64,000 nt of DNA from an uncultured Oscillospiraceae bacterium (GCA_949935795.1 CATLFX010000008.1:8014-72013), one strand, 5' to 3'. Positions 46,261 to 56,634 are shown, counted from the stretch's first letter. A program made the numbers and translations. The notes: generated by a model not told the origin, from the sequence alone.

Positions 46261-47355
46261 TTATGCCACGCCGATCTGTTCGCGGGTGACCTCAATGCCG
46301 AAATAGGTCTGATAGAACTGCTGGGCCTCCTTCACATAGTCCTCCTCGCTCACCAGATCGGGGTGGAGGATGTGTGTCATCCACAGCAACCCCAGAATAG
46401 AGGAGGGCTGGGGGTAGTCCCACGCCTCAATCTCAGAGGGGACGGTGTACAGCCGGTCCTCCGCCACGGCCTTGATCCCCGCCAGGGCCCCGTCATTTCG
46501 GATGTCATCCAGGGTATATTCCGCGTACTGCACCGCGAAAATGACCTCCGGGTCCCAGGCGGCCAGCTGCTCGGCAGACACATCCGCCCAGGTCCGGCCC
46601 TCGATGTCCTGGGAGACGCAGCTCCCCCCGGCCATCTCGATCATCTCCCGCTGGTACATCCTCCCGGCGCAGGTCCGCAGCCAGGACGCCTCCCCCGCCA
46701 GGTAGACAGCGGGCTTCTCCACGTCCTTGGTAAGGCCGGTCACCCGGTCCACCACGCCGTCATAGTAGGTGGTGAGCTCTGCCGCCTCATCCTCGCAGCC
46801 GCACAGCTCGCCCAGCATGTTCAGCAGGGCGCAGAAGGACTCATAGGTCTCCGGCTCCACCACCGCCGTGGGAATGCCCAGGCCGGTCAGGGTCTCGGCG
46901 GCCTCCAGCTGCTTCTTGGGCAGCAGCACCAAGTCGGGCTCCAGGGCGGCGATGGCCTCCACGTTGGTCTCCTTGCCCGAGCCCACCCCGGGCAGGTCCA
47001 GGAACTCCGGGGCGCACAGTTTGTACAGCTCCCGGCTGCTGGCCTTCATCTCGATGCCCACGATCTTGTCCTTCTGCCCCAGGGTGAGCAGGGAGGCGGT
47101 GACCAGATAGTAGCAGGACACAATTTTCTCCGCCGGGGCCTCCAGGGTGACCTCCCGGCCCGCCTGGTCGGTGACGGTAATGGGCCCGGGCTGGGCGGGC
47201 TCGGTCTCAGAGGGCTCGGGCGACGCCGTCTCGGCGGCGGGCGCGGAGGGAGCAACGGAGGGCTGGGCGCTCTCCTGTGTCCCGGCGGCGCAGCCGGACA
47301 GCAGCTGGAGCAGCAGGGCGGACAGCAGGGCAAGGCTCATAAGACGCTTTTTCAT
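46261..47355 (-). CDS. Helical-backbone (class III) substrate-binding lipoprotein
   Basis: Lipobox LLSGC, ITVTDQAGREV, NVEAIAALEPDLV, WDPEVI, WDYPQPSSILGLLWM. Confidence 0.88.
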   Translation of the reverse strand: MKKRLMSLALLSALLLQLLSGCAAGTQESAQPSVAPSAPAAETASPEPSETEPAQPGPITVTDQAGREVTLEAPAEKIVSCYYLVTASLLTLGQKDKIVGIEMKASSRELYKLCAPEFLDLPGVGSGKETNVEAIAALEPDLVLLPKKQLEAAETLTGLGIPTAVVEPETYESFCALLNMLGELCGCEDEAAELTTYYDGVVDRVTGLTKDVEKPAVYLAGEASWLRTCAGRMYQREMIEMAGGSCVSQDIEGRTWADVSAEQLAAWDPEVIFAVQYAEYTLDDIRNDGALAGIKAVAEDRLYTVPSEIEAWDYPQPSSILGLLWMTHILHPDLVSEEDYVKEAQQFYQTYFGIEVTREQIGVA

Positions 47356-47361
47356 GGGGGA

Positions 47362-49950
47362 TCAACCTCTCTTCGGCTTTTTGTAGAAGGTGTTTTCCAT
47401 AGGCAGGCTGGTACGCAGCACATGGTCCATGGCATAGTAGGCCCCTTGTACCGCAGGGGCTGTGGGGATGGTGGCGATCTCGCCGATGCCCTTGGCCCCG
47501 TAGGCGAAGGGGAGCAGCTCCTCCTTCTCCACGTAGATGGCGTGGATGTCGGGGATCTGGTCCGCCCGCATGAGGCCCAGGGTGCCGAACTTGGCCGTGG
47601 GCACGCAGTCCTTCAAGGGGAAATCCTCGGTGAGGGCGTAGCCCAGCCCCATGAGCACCCCGCCCTCGATCTGGCCCTGGATGGAGGTGGGGTTGACCAC
47701 CTTACCCGAGTCGTGGGCGGCCCAGACCTCCTTGACCTTCCCCTCGTCGTCCAGCACCACCACGTGGGTGGCGAAGCCGTAGGCCACGTGGCTCTTGGGG
47801 TTGGGCTTATCCGCCCCCAGCTTGTCGGTGGGGTCGAAGAACTCGGCGAAGAACTCCCGGCCCTCCAGGGCGGACAGGTCCCCGTCCGCCTTGTCCAGCG
47901 CGACCTTCAAATCGGCGGCGGCCATGCGCACCGCCTCGCCGGTGATGAGGGTCTGGCGGGAGCCGGAGGTGGTGCCGGAGTCGGGGGACAGCTCGGAATT
48001 GCTGCCCATGTTGCGCATCTTCTCAAGGGGAAGCCCGGCGGTCTGGGACAGGATCTGCAAAAACACGGTGGAGCAGCCCTGGCCGATATCCGACGCAGCG
48101 GAGTACAGCCTGACGATGCCCTCCTCCACCACCAGCTTACAGCGGCCCTTGTCGGGCAGGCCCACGCCCACCCCGGCGTTCTTCATGGCACAGGCAATGC
48201 CCGCCCGGCCTGGATTGGCCTCGTAGGCGTCTTTCACAGCCAGCAGAGTTTCTTTCAGGGCGGTGGAGCAGTCGGCGATCTGGCCGTTGGGCAGCACCTT
48301 CCCCGGCTCGATGGCGTTGCGCCAGCGGATCTCCCAGGGAGAGATGCCCACCTGCTCCGCCAGCAGGTTGATGGTGGACTCCAGGGCGAACTCGCTCTGG
48401 CACACCCCGAAGCCCCGGAAGGCCCCGGCGGGAGGATTGTTTGTGTAGTAGCCGTACCCCCGGATGTCGGTGTTCTGGTAGCAGTAGGGGCCGACGGAAT
48501 GGGTACAGGCCCGCTCCAGCACCGGGCCGCACAGGGAGGCGTAGGCCCCGGTGTCAAAGTAGATGTCGCAGTCCAGGGCGGTGAACAGGCCGTTTTCGTC
48601 ACAGCCCAGGGTGAACGTCCCCTCCATGGCGTGGCGCTTGGGGTGGAAGTTGATGGACTCCTGCCGGGTGAGCTTCACCTTCACCGGGCGGTTGACTTTC
48701 AGGGCGGCCAGCGCCGCCAGGTGCTGGACGGACACATCCTCCTTGCCGCCGAAGCCGCCGCCCACCAGCTTGTTCTCCACCACGATGCGCTCGGGCTCCC
48801 AGCCCAGCATGATGGCGATTTCCTTCCGGGTGTCGTACACGCCCTGGTCGGTGGAGTACACTTTTACCCCATCCTTGTAGGGGAAGGCCACGGCACACTC
48901 CGGCTCCAGGAAGGCGTGCTCGGTGAAGGGGGTCTTGTAGCTTTTTGTCACCACATATTTGGAATTGGCCAGCGCCGCCTTGGCGTCCCCCCGGGTGACG
49001 TGGCGGGATTGGCACAGGTTTCCCTTGGAGTGGACCCGCGGCGCACCCTCCGCCATGGCCTCGTGGATATCGCGGACGGGCTCCAGGGGCTCGTACTCGA
49101 TCTTCACCGAGGCCTTGGCCTGCTTGAGGATATACTCGCTCTCGGCGATGACCAGGCAGATAGCGTCCCCTACGCAGCGGGTCACGTCCCCCTTGGCGAT
49201 CATCACGTCCCAGTCCTGCTGGATGTGGCCCACCTTGTTGTTGGACACATTCTCCGCCGTCAGCACCGCCAGCACCCCCGGCAGGGCCAGGGCGGGGGCG
49301 GTATCGATGTTCAAAATCCTGGCCCTGGGGTACTGGGAGCGGACGGCGGAGGCGTATACCATGCCGTCCATGTACACGTCGTCGGGGTACTCCCCATAGC
49401 CCAGCACCTTGGGGCGCACGTCGGTGCGGAAGGCCCGGTCCCCCACCCCGAACACGTCCCCTTTCTCCAAGTCCGGGTCGATCCGGGCCTCCCCCCGGAG
49501 GATGGCCCCGGCCAGGGAGATGCCCTCGATGATCTTCTTGTAGCCGGTGCACCGGCACACGTTGCCCCGGATGGCCTTTTTGATGTCCGCCTCGGCGGGG
49601 TTTGGGTTCTGGTCCAGCAGGGCCTTGCCGGAGATGACCATGCCGGGGATGCAGAAACCGCACTGCACCGCCCCCACCTTGCCGAAGGCGTAGACAAAGG
49701 CCTCCTTCTCCGCCACGGTCAGCCCCTCCACGGTCTGGATGGTCTTGCCCACGGCCCGCTTGGTGGTGAGGACGCAGGAGCGCGTGGCCCTGCCGTCCAC
49801 GATGATGGTGCAGGTGCCGCAGGCCCCCTCGCTGCACCCGTCCTTGACGGAGCGCAGGCGCAGGTCGTCCCGGAGGTAGCGCAGTAAAGGCTTATCCTCC
49901 TCCGTCTCCCGCAAAACGCCGTTGACGGTAAAACTGTAGCGTTCGCCCAT
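47362..49950 (-). CDS. xdh: Selenium-dependent xanthine dehydrogenase-type molybdenum hydroxylase (2Fe-2S + Mo fusion)
   Basis: GCSEGACGTC, QCGFC, CRCTGY, HAFLEPE, GGGFGGK, AFRGFG, GQIEGG, AKGIGE; no FAD domain. Confidence 0.9.
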   Translation of the reverse strand: MGERYSFTVNGVLRETEEDKPLLRYLRDDLRLRSVKDGCSEGACGTCTIIVDGRATRSCVLTTKRAVGKTIQTVEGLTVAEKEAFVYAFGKVGAVQCGFCIPGMVISGKALLDQNPNPAEADIKKAIRGNVCRCTGYKKIIEGISLAGAILRGEARIDPDLEKGDVFGVGDRAFRTDVRPKVLGYGEYPDDVYMDGMVYASAVRSQYPRARILNIDTAPALALPGVLAVLTAENVSNNKVGHIQQDWDVMIAKGDVTRCVGDAICLVIAESEYILKQAKASVKIEYEPLEPVRDIHEAMAEGAPRVHSKGNLCQSRHVTRGDAKAALANSKYVVTKSYKTPFTEHAFLEPECAVAFPYKDGVKVYSTDQGVYDTRKEIAIMLGWEPERIVVENKLVGGGFGGKEDVSVQHLAALAALKVNRPVKVKLTRQESINFHPKRHAMEGTFTLGCDENGLFTALDCDIYFDTGAYASLCGPVLERACTHSVGPYCYQNTDIRGYGYYTNNPPAGAFRGFGVCQSEFALESTINLLAEQVGISPWEIRWRNAIEPGKVLPNGQIADCSTALKETLLAVKDAYEANPGRAGIACAMKNAGVGVGLPDKGRCKLVVEEGIVRLYSAASDIGQGCSTVFLQILSQTAGLPLEKMRNMGSNSELSPDSGTTSGSRQTLITGEAVRMAAADLKVALDKADGDLSALEGREFFAEFFDPTDKLGADKPNPKSHVAYGFATHVVVLDDEGKVKEVWAAHDSGKVVNPTSIQGQIEGGVLMGLGYALTEDFPLKDCVPTAKFGTLGLMRADQIPDIHAIYVEKEELLPFAYGAKGIGEIATIPTAPAVQGAYYAMDHVLRTSLPMENTFYKKPKRG

Positions 49951-50023
49951 GGTGTTACCTCCTATTTTGATGGCGTTCCGCCCGCCCTCCGGCTTTCGGG
50001 CCGGAGGGCGGGCAGACGGTCGC

Positions 50024-53017
50024 TTAGCCCAGCAAATAGCCGTAGTTCTCGTAGACCGCACAGATCAGGCGGCGCAGGGGGTCGTACAGGCCGCAGACGG
50101 GGTCGGACACATCGAACTCCTTCACCTCGCCGGCGAAGCGCACCAGGGTCTTATACCCGTCCAGGCGCAGGAAGCCCTGGTTCTCGCTGTGTTCGAAGTC
50201 CTCCCTGATCCAGTACAGGGTGAACTTATCCTTGTAGGGAGCGCTGTCGTAGGGGCAGAATACCGCGCAGTTGCCGCACTCGTTGCACATACCGTCCACA
50301 TGGACGATCTGGCGCTGGCGCATGCCCTCCACCCGGACGGCCACGTTGGCCCGGTTGGGGCAGACCTCGGTGCAGGTCTCGCACACGGTGGCGCAGCCCA
50401 GGCAGCGGGTCTCCCCGCAGGAGGCGCAGTCGGTGCACACGTCCCCCCGCTTGGCCAGGGGGGCGGCGTAGTCCGGGTTGACGTTTTTCTCCACAAAGCC
50501 GTCCGTGTCGAAGTCCTGGATGGCTTTCGCCGCCTTCATGGCCCCCGCGATGGCTTCCACCACCGTGCCGGGGCCCTTCTGGCCGTCGCCCACCACGTAA
50601 ATGCCCTTCACGCTGGACTCCATCGTCTCCAAGTTTACCACAGCCCTGCCCCGGTTGTCCACATCCAGGCCGTTTTTGGTGTACAAAGCGGTGTCCACCT
50701 TCTCGCCCACGGCGGCAATCACCGTGTCGGCGGCCACTTCCGCCGTCCGGCCCGTGTCCATCGGGGAGCGCCGCCCAGAAGCGTCGGGGGCGCCCAGCTC
50801 CATCACCCGGCAGGTGAGGGTTCCATCCTTGACGCCCACGGGGGCCAGCAGCTCCCGGAACTCCACGCCGTCGGCCACAGCCAGCTCCAGCTCCTCCTGG
50901 TCGGCGGGCATGTACCGTTTCGTGCGGCGGTACACCAGGGACACCTTCTTCACCCCGGGGATGCGCTTTGCCGCCCGGGCGGCGTCCATGGCGGTGTTGC
51001 CGCCGCCGATGACCACCACATTTTCGCCCAGCTTCAAGGCGTCCGGGGACTTTTTAGCGGATTCCAGGAAGGAAATCACATTCATTTCCTCCCCGTACTC
51101 CAGCCCGGCGGAGCCGTGGTTCCAGGCCCCAGCGGCCACCACCACGGCAGTGTAGACGTTCAGCAGGGCCTTGAGGTCGTCGATGCGGGTGTTGAGATGG
51201 ACCTTCACCCCCATGGCTTCCATCAGCTTCACGTCGTTGTCAATAGCCTCGTGAGAAATGCGGAACTCCGGGATCACATGGCGGACAATGCCGCCCAGGG
51301 CGTCCCTGGCCTCGAAGAGGGTGACGTCCACCCCGGCCCGGCCCAGGAAGAAGGCCGCCGCCATGCCCGCGGGGCCGCCGCCCACAACGGCCACACGCTT
51401 GCCGTTCACAGGCGCGACCGCTTTCAGCTTGGGCAGCAGGGAGGCAAAGCCCCCCTGGGCCGCTTTCAGCTTCTGGGCGCGGATATAGACGCTCTCGTCG
51501 TAGGCGTTTCTCATACACTTGTCCTGACAGCGGTGGGAGCAAATGGTGCCGGTGATGAAGGGCAGGGGGTTGCGCCGGGTGATGATCTCCAGGGCCTCCT
51601 CATATTTCCCGGCGTTCACCGCCATGAGGTAGGCGGGGATGTCCTGGTGGATGGGACAGCCCTCCCGGCAGGGAGCCTGGAAGCAGTCCACCAAGGGGAC
51701 CTTTTTGTCCGTCTTGCGGCTGGGGATGGGCTTGACGGGCTTGGTCCAGTGGCCGTCCGCCGGGATGGCCTCCGCCAGCGCCGCCACTTTGGCCTGGTCC
51801 ACCCCCTGCCACGCCTGATAGGAGATGTCCGCCAGCAGACCGCCAATCTGGCTGAACCGCTGGTAGCCGCCGGGCTTGAGCACGGTGGTGGCCATGGTGA
51901 TGGGCCAGATGCCCGCGTCGAACAGGTCCCGGATGGAGACCGCGTCCGCCCCGCCGGAGTAGGAGATGCGCAGCTTGCCGCCGAATTCCTTGGCCAGCAT
52001 TCCCGCCAGCGACAGGGACAGCGGGTACAGGGACCGGCCGGACATATACATCTCGCTGGAGGGCAGCTCCCCCGCCGCCACATCCACCGGGAAAGTGTTG
52101 GTGAGCTTCACGCCGAACTCCAGCCCCCGCTGGGCGCACAGCGCCTGGAGGCGGCGGAACATGGGCACCGCGTCCGCCCATTGCAAATCCTCCAGAAAGT
52201 GGTGGTCGTCGAACACGATATAGTCAAAGCCCAGGCTGTCCAGGGTTTTGCGGGCGAAATCGTAGCCCAGCAGGGTGGGATTGCACTTGACGTAGGTGTT
52301 CAGCCCCTTTTCGGTGATGAGGTAGGTGGCGATGCGCTCGATCTCGTCGGGGGGACAGCCGTGGAGGGTGGACTCGGTGATGGAGCGGGACACCTGGGGG
52401 GAGACGGACTTCACATAGCCCTCGTCCACCGTCTCAAACCGGCCCAGATTGGAAAGGGACCAGTCCAGGCACTCCTTCCACACCTCGGAGCCGGAGGCGT
52501 CCTTCATGCCCTCGATGTATTTGTCGATCTTCTCGCTCTGGATGCCCGCCAGGTCGTAGCCCACGGACATATTGAACACGAAGCCGTCCGAGCTGCCCAG
52601 ACCCAACTCACGGGCCAGCAGCTTGCAGGCCCACCAGGCTTTGACATACTCCGCGTAGGCCTGGGGCACGGTGAGCTCGGTGGACCACTCGCAGTTATAG
52701 CACTCGTCCCCGGCGGTAATGCAGGGCTTGCTGACGCACTTGGACAGCTCCTCGCCGTCCATGATCTGGACGGTTTTCAGCTCGAAGAACCGGGCCCCGG
52801 CGGCGTAGGCGGCAATGATATTCTGAGCCAGCTGGGTGTGGGGTCCCGCGGCGGGGCCGTAGGGGGACTCGATCTTCTCCTCAAAAATGGGCAGGGCCTT
52901 GTCCCCGGCGTGCTTGACCAGCTTGGACACGCCGAAAATGCTGCCCTGGTTTTTGTACTCGGTGAGCACCCAGTCCATCAGCTGGGCAAAGGGCATGGGC
53001 CGCATGATATCGCTCAT
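50024..53017 (-). CDS. ygfK: YgfK Fe-S flavoprotein oxidoreductase
   Basis: GPAAGPHTQLAQNI, YNCEWSTEL, KCNPTLLG, GVKLTNT, GGGPAG, GGGNTAMD, C-terminal ferredoxin CPNRAN...CNECGNC; alternative start 53023. Confidence 0.93.
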   Translation of the reverse strand: MSDIMRPMPFAQLMDWVLTEYKNQGSIFGVSKLVKHAGDKALPIFEEKIESPYGPAAGPHTQLAQNIIAAYAAGARFFELKTVQIMDGEELSKCVSKPCITAGDECYNCEWSTELTVPQAYAEYVKAWWACKLLARELGLGSSDGFVFNMSVGYDLAGIQSEKIDKYIEGMKDASGSEVWKECLDWSLSNLGRFETVDEGYVKSVSPQVSRSITESTLHGCPPDEIERIATYLITEKGLNTYVKCNPTLLGYDFARKTLDSLGFDYIVFDDHHFLEDLQWADAVPMFRRLQALCAQRGLEFGVKLTNTFPVDVAAGELPSSEMYMSGRSLYPLSLSLAGMLAKEFGGKLRISYSGGADAVSIRDLFDAGIWPITMATTVLKPGGYQRFSQIGGLLADISYQAWQGVDQAKVAALAEAIPADGHWTKPVKPIPSRKTDKKVPLVDCFQAPCREGCPIHQDIPAYLMAVNAGKYEEALEIITRRNPLPFITGTICSHRCQDKCMRNAYDESVYIRAQKLKAAQGGFASLLPKLKAVAPVNGKRVAVVGGGPAGMAAAFFLGRAGVDVTLFEARDALGGIVRHVIPEFRISHEAIDNDVKLMEAMGVKVHLNTRIDDLKALLNVYTAVVVAAGAWNHGSAGLEYGEEMNVISFLESAKKSPDALKLGENVVVIGGGNTAMDAARAAKRIPGVKKVSLVYRRTKRYMPADQEELELAVADGVEFRELLAPVGVKDGTLTCRVMELGAPDASGRRSPMDTGRTAEVAADTVIAAVGEKVDTALYTKNGLDVDNRGRAVVNLETMESSVKGIYVVGDGQKGPGTVVEAIAGAMKAAKAIQDFDTDGFVEKNVNPDYAAPLAKRGDVCTDCASCGETRCLGCATVCETCTEVCPNRANVAVRVEGMRQRQIVHVDGMCNECGNCAVFCPYDSAPYKDKFTLYWIREDFEHSENQGFLRLDGYKTLVRFAGEVKEFDVSDPVCGLYDPLRRLICAVYENYGYLLG

Positions 53018-53033
53018 TTTCATGTTCCTCCTT

Positions 53034-54374
53034 TTAATATGTCCTGTGGTTCAGCTCGCCCCACAGCTTCTTTGCCTGCTCCAGGGTCCAGGCGTTGATC
53101 CTGTCCTCGTCGATGCCCACGAACTCCCGGTCCTTGTACACCACCTTGCCGTTGATGACGGTGGTGCGGCAGTTCTTGCCCATCATGCCGAAGAGCATGT
53201 GACCGTCGATGTTGTCCGCCCCGAAGGGGGTGAAGGGCTTGTAGTCCATGACGATCACGTCCGCCGCCGCCCCCGGCTCCAGCACCCCCAGGGGCTTCTG
53301 GAAATACCGGGCGCAGATGGCGGGGTTGTTGCGGAACAGCATCCCCATGGCCTCGCACCAGCCCACGTTGGGGTCGCAGGCGTTGTGGCGCTGCATGGGC
53401 AGCAGGACCTTCAGGGACTCCAGCATGTCGTGGGTATAGGCGTCGGTGCCCAGGCCGATGAGGATGCCCTTCTCCCACATTTTCAGCACCGGGGAGCAGC
53501 CCACCGCGTTGCCCATGTTGGACTCCGGGTTGTGGCACACCATGGTGTCGGTCTCTTTGATGATGTCCATCTCGGCGGGGGAGATGTGGATACAGTGGCC
53601 CAGCATGGTCTTTTCCCCCAGGATGCCGTTGTACAGCAGGCGGTTGACGGGGCGGCAGCCGTAGTTTCGCAGAGAGTCGTACACGTCGTTCATGCCCTCG
53701 GCCACGTGGATATGGAAGCCGGTCATGTCGTCGTTGGCCTTCACCATCTCCTCAAAGGTCTTGTCGGAGATGGTGAACAGGGCGTGGCCGCCGAACATGG
53801 CCTTGATCATATCGTTGTCCTGTTCCTTGGCCCATTTGGCAAACTCGGCGTTCTCCCGGATAGACTGGGCGCACTTCTCCGCCCCATCCCTCTCGGACAC
53901 CTCGTAGCACAGGCAGGCCCGCATACCCAGCTCCTGGCACACGTCCTTGATGGCGAACAGGGAGCCGGGGATCTCTCCGAAGGAGGCGTGGTGGTCGAAG
54001 ATGGTGGTCACCCCGTCCCGGATGCAGTCCAGCACGGTGGCGTAGGCGCAGGCCCGTGTGCCGTCCAGGGTGAGGTGGCTGTCGATGTTCCACCACTGGC
54101 CGTCCAGCACCTCAAAAAAGTTGGTGGGGTTGAAACCGTCGATGGCCAACCCCCGGGCCAGGCCGCTGTAGATGTGGGTGTGGACGTTGATGAGTCCGGG
54201 CATGATGACCCCGCCCCGGGCGTCCACAAATTCCGCCTGGGGATACTTGGCCCGCATGGCCTCCAGGGTCCCGGTCTCCTTGACGGTGTCGCCGTCCAGG
54301 ACCACCGCGCCGTTTTCCAGATAGGGGTTTGTCTCGCTCCGTGTAATGAGCCTTCCGTTGCCGATGAGCAGCAT
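53034..54374 (-). CDS. ssnA: Aminohydrolase SsnA
   Basis: PGLINVHTHIYSGLARG, GVTTIFDHHAS, HIHVAEG, HNPESNMGNAVG, LGTD. Confidence 0.93.
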   Translation of the reverse strand: MLLIGNGRLITRSETNPYLENGAVVLDGDTVKETGTLEAMRAKYPQAEFVDARGGVIMPGLINVHTHIYSGLARGLAIDGFNPTNFFEVLDGQWWNIDSHLTLDGTRACAYATVLDCIRDGVTTIFDHHASFGEIPGSLFAIKDVCQELGMRACLCYEVSERDGAEKCAQSIRENAEFAKWAKEQDNDMIKAMFGGHALFTISDKTFEEMVKANDDMTGFHIHVAEGMNDVYDSLRNYGCRPVNRLLYNGILGEKTMLGHCIHISPAEMDIIKETDTMVCHNPESNMGNAVGCSPVLKMWEKGILIGLGTDAYTHDMLESLKVLLPMQRHNACDPNVGWCEAMGMLFRNNPAICARYFQKPLGVLEPGAAADVIVMDYKPFTPFGADNIDGHMLFGMMGKNCRTTVINGKVVYKDREFVGIDEDRINAWTLEQAKKLWGELNHRTY

Positions 54375-54459
54375 AGGTCTCCCTCCATTTTATCATCAAA
54401 ATCAAACTGTTTCAGTTGGACACGGGCTGGGCCGGTGGGAGCACCGGCCCGGTTTTCTG

Positions 54460-55803
54460 TCATTTGCCGGACCCGCCGGCCTGGTCCTTGGGGAGGGTCA
54501 GGTTGAGCAGGATCGCCACGATGGCGGTGACCACGATGGGGGAGGAGCCGAACACGGTGTGCACCCAGGCGGGGAAGCCGGGGCCCTGGAGGGCGCCGGT
54601 GACCTGGGTGATGCCCACTCCCAGGGCCACGGACAGCCCCACCACCGCGCTGGAGCGCATGGAGAAGTGGTCAGAGGTGATCATCCGGATGCCGGTCATG
54701 GTGATGGTGGCGAAAACGGAGATGGTGGCCCCGCCGATGACCGCCTGGGGAATGGTGGTGAGGATGGCGGACAGCTTGGGCACCAGCCCGGCCACCAGCA
54801 GGATCACGGAGGCGAAGGCGAACACCGCCTTGTTAATGACCTTGTTCACAGTGACGATGCCCACGTTCTGGCTGTAGGTGGCGGCGGGCAGTCCGCCGAA
54901 CAGGGCGCCGATGATGCTCACCGCGCCCTGAGCGATGATGCCGCCGGACAGCTCCTTGTCGGTGGGCATACGGTCCATGCCGCCCATGGTGGTGGAGGAC
55001 AGGTCGCCGATGGTCTGCACCGCGTTGATGACGTACACCACCGCCAGGGAAATACAGGCGCTGGCCTCAAACTTCACGCCGAAGTGGAGGGGGGCCGCCA
55101 GTTGGAACCAGCCCGCCGGGCCCACGGCGGAGAAATCCACCATGCCCAGGCACAGGGCCATCACATAGCCCACGATCATGCCCCACAGGATGGCCCCCAG
55201 CTTCAAAACCCCCTTGCCGAAGTTCTGGAGGAGCACCACCACCGCCAGGGTGACCAGGGCCACGGACCAGTTCTTCAGACCGCCGAAGCCCTCGCTGCCC
55301 GCGCCGCCCGCCATATAGCGCACCGCCGTGGGGTACAGGGACAGGCCGATGGTGAAGATGACCGTACCGGTGATGAGGGGCGGGAACAGCTTCCGGATCT
55401 GCTTTACAAAAATGCCGAACAGGATGGCCACACAGCCGCCCACGATCTCCGCGCCCAAAATGGTGGGCAGGTCGAACTGCCCGCCGATGGCCAGCAGGGT
55501 GGGCACGTAGGCGAAGCTGATGCCCATGACCACCGGCAGGCCGGAGCCAATGCGGTGCTTGATGGTGTACAGCTGGAGCAGAGTGGCCAAGGCGGTGACG
55601 ATGAGGGACACCTGGATGAGCAGGGTACGGTCCCCGTCGGACAGGGCGCAGGTGTTGGCCACCATGATGGCGGGGGTGATGATGCCCACAATGGCGGCCA
55701 CCACGTGCTGGAGGCCCAGGGGGATGAGCTGGCCGGGGGCGGGGACTCCGTCCAGGGAAAAGACGGACGCCGGAGCGCCGGCGGATGAGGCTGGCTGCTG
55801 CAC
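54460..55803 (-). CDS. NCS2 family purine (xanthine/urate) permease
   Basis: GLQHV, GISFAY, FPPLITGTVI, NAT signature YSQNVGIVTVNKV; GTG start after AAGGAGG. Confidence 0.92.
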   Translation of the reverse strand: MQQPASSAGAPASVFSLDGVPAPGQLIPLGLQHVVAAIVGIITPAIMVANTCALSDGDRTLLIQVSLIVTALATLLQLYTIKHRIGSGLPVVMGISFAYVPTLLAIGGQFDLPTILGAEIVGGCVAILFGIFVKQIRKLFPPLITGTVIFTIGLSLYPTAVRYMAGGAGSEGFGGLKNWSVALVTLAVVVLLQNFGKGVLKLGAILWGMIVGYVMALCLGMVDFSAVGPAGWFQLAAPLHFGVKFEASACISLAVVYVINAVQTIGDLSSTTMGGMDRMPTDKELSGGIIAQGAVSIIGALFGGLPAATYSQNVGIVTVNKVINKAVFAFASVILLVAGLVPKLSAILTTIPQAVIGGATISVFATITMTGIRMITSDHFSMRSSAVVGLSVALGVGITQVTGALQGPGFPAWVHTVFGSSPIVVTAIVAILLNLTLPKDQAGGSGK

Positions 55804-56028
55804 GGGAATTTCCTCCTTACTTTTTTTAAGCAATAAAAAAATTATTTCATGCTTTGAGTATAGCCCATTTCTTCTGGGATTTCAAGGAGAAAATCCTTTT
55901 GAGCCGCCAAAATCCAGCCCCGGTTTTTGTGGAGTTTTCACAAATAGTCTGTATACCAAACAAATAGTCAGGAAACTTGCGCCGCCGGACCGGCGGCGCG
56001 CCGGCTGCGGACCTCAGCGCCCCGGCTG

Positions 56029-56559
56029 TCAGCCGCGGGAAAAAATGCCCGCCTCCTCCAGCCAGACCCGGGCGCGGAGATACTGCTCCTCCCGGTTTTC
56101 CGATGTGACCTGAAGGACCTTCACCCCAGGCAGCTCCCGAAACTCCCGCAGATGGGGCTGGTCGTCGGCCTTGACCGCCGCCAGCACGTGATAGGGCCCT
56201 GTCAAAATCCGGCGGACCTGCTGGAGAAAGAGGGCCGCTTCCCGCTCCAAGTGCCCAAGCTCGTCCATGACCACCAGGGAACCGGCGGGGACGTCCCGGA
56301 GAAGAGACGTCCCGCAGCGGTCAAACACCTGGGGAAATCCCACCGCCGTGCCGGGGACCGCTCCCCGCCTGCCCACCTGGTTTTCCGGGCCGCAGAGGGC
56401 CTGGACATCCCAGGGGCGGCGCATATAGAGGCCCGTCCCGCCGTCTTCCCCCTGGGCAAAGAAGGTCTCAAATCCGGCCACCGGGAACCCCGGCGGCACA
56501 AGCCTGCGAATTATCGTACTTTTTCCAACCCCCCGCCGGCCGCAGAACAACAGCTTCAC
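56029..56559 (-). CDS. THEP1-type nucleoside triphosphatase
   Basis: GRRGVGKST P-loop, GF.T, VVMDELGHLE, VTSENRE; GTG start after GGAGG. Confidence 0.8.
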   Translation of the reverse strand: MKLLFCGRRGVGKSTIIRRLVPPGFPVAGFETFFAQGEDGGTGLYMRRPWDVQALCGPENQVGRRGAVPGTAVGFPQVFDRCGTSLLRDVPAGSLVVMDELGHLEREAALFLQQVRRILTGPYHVLAAVKADDQPHLREFRELPGVKVLQVTSENREEQYLRARVWLEEAGIFSRG

Positions 56560-56634
56560 TTGCCGCCACCTCCATATAAACAAAATAAATGCAGACTCCA
56601 GCCCGGACAGGCGGAAAATGGACCGCCGGACATA

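Noticed and set aside
47362-54374. Selenocysteine recoding in the selenium-linked genes
   Set aside because: xdh, ygfK and ssnA are uninterrupted ORFs with no in-frame TGA; this enzyme class uses a labile Se cofactor.
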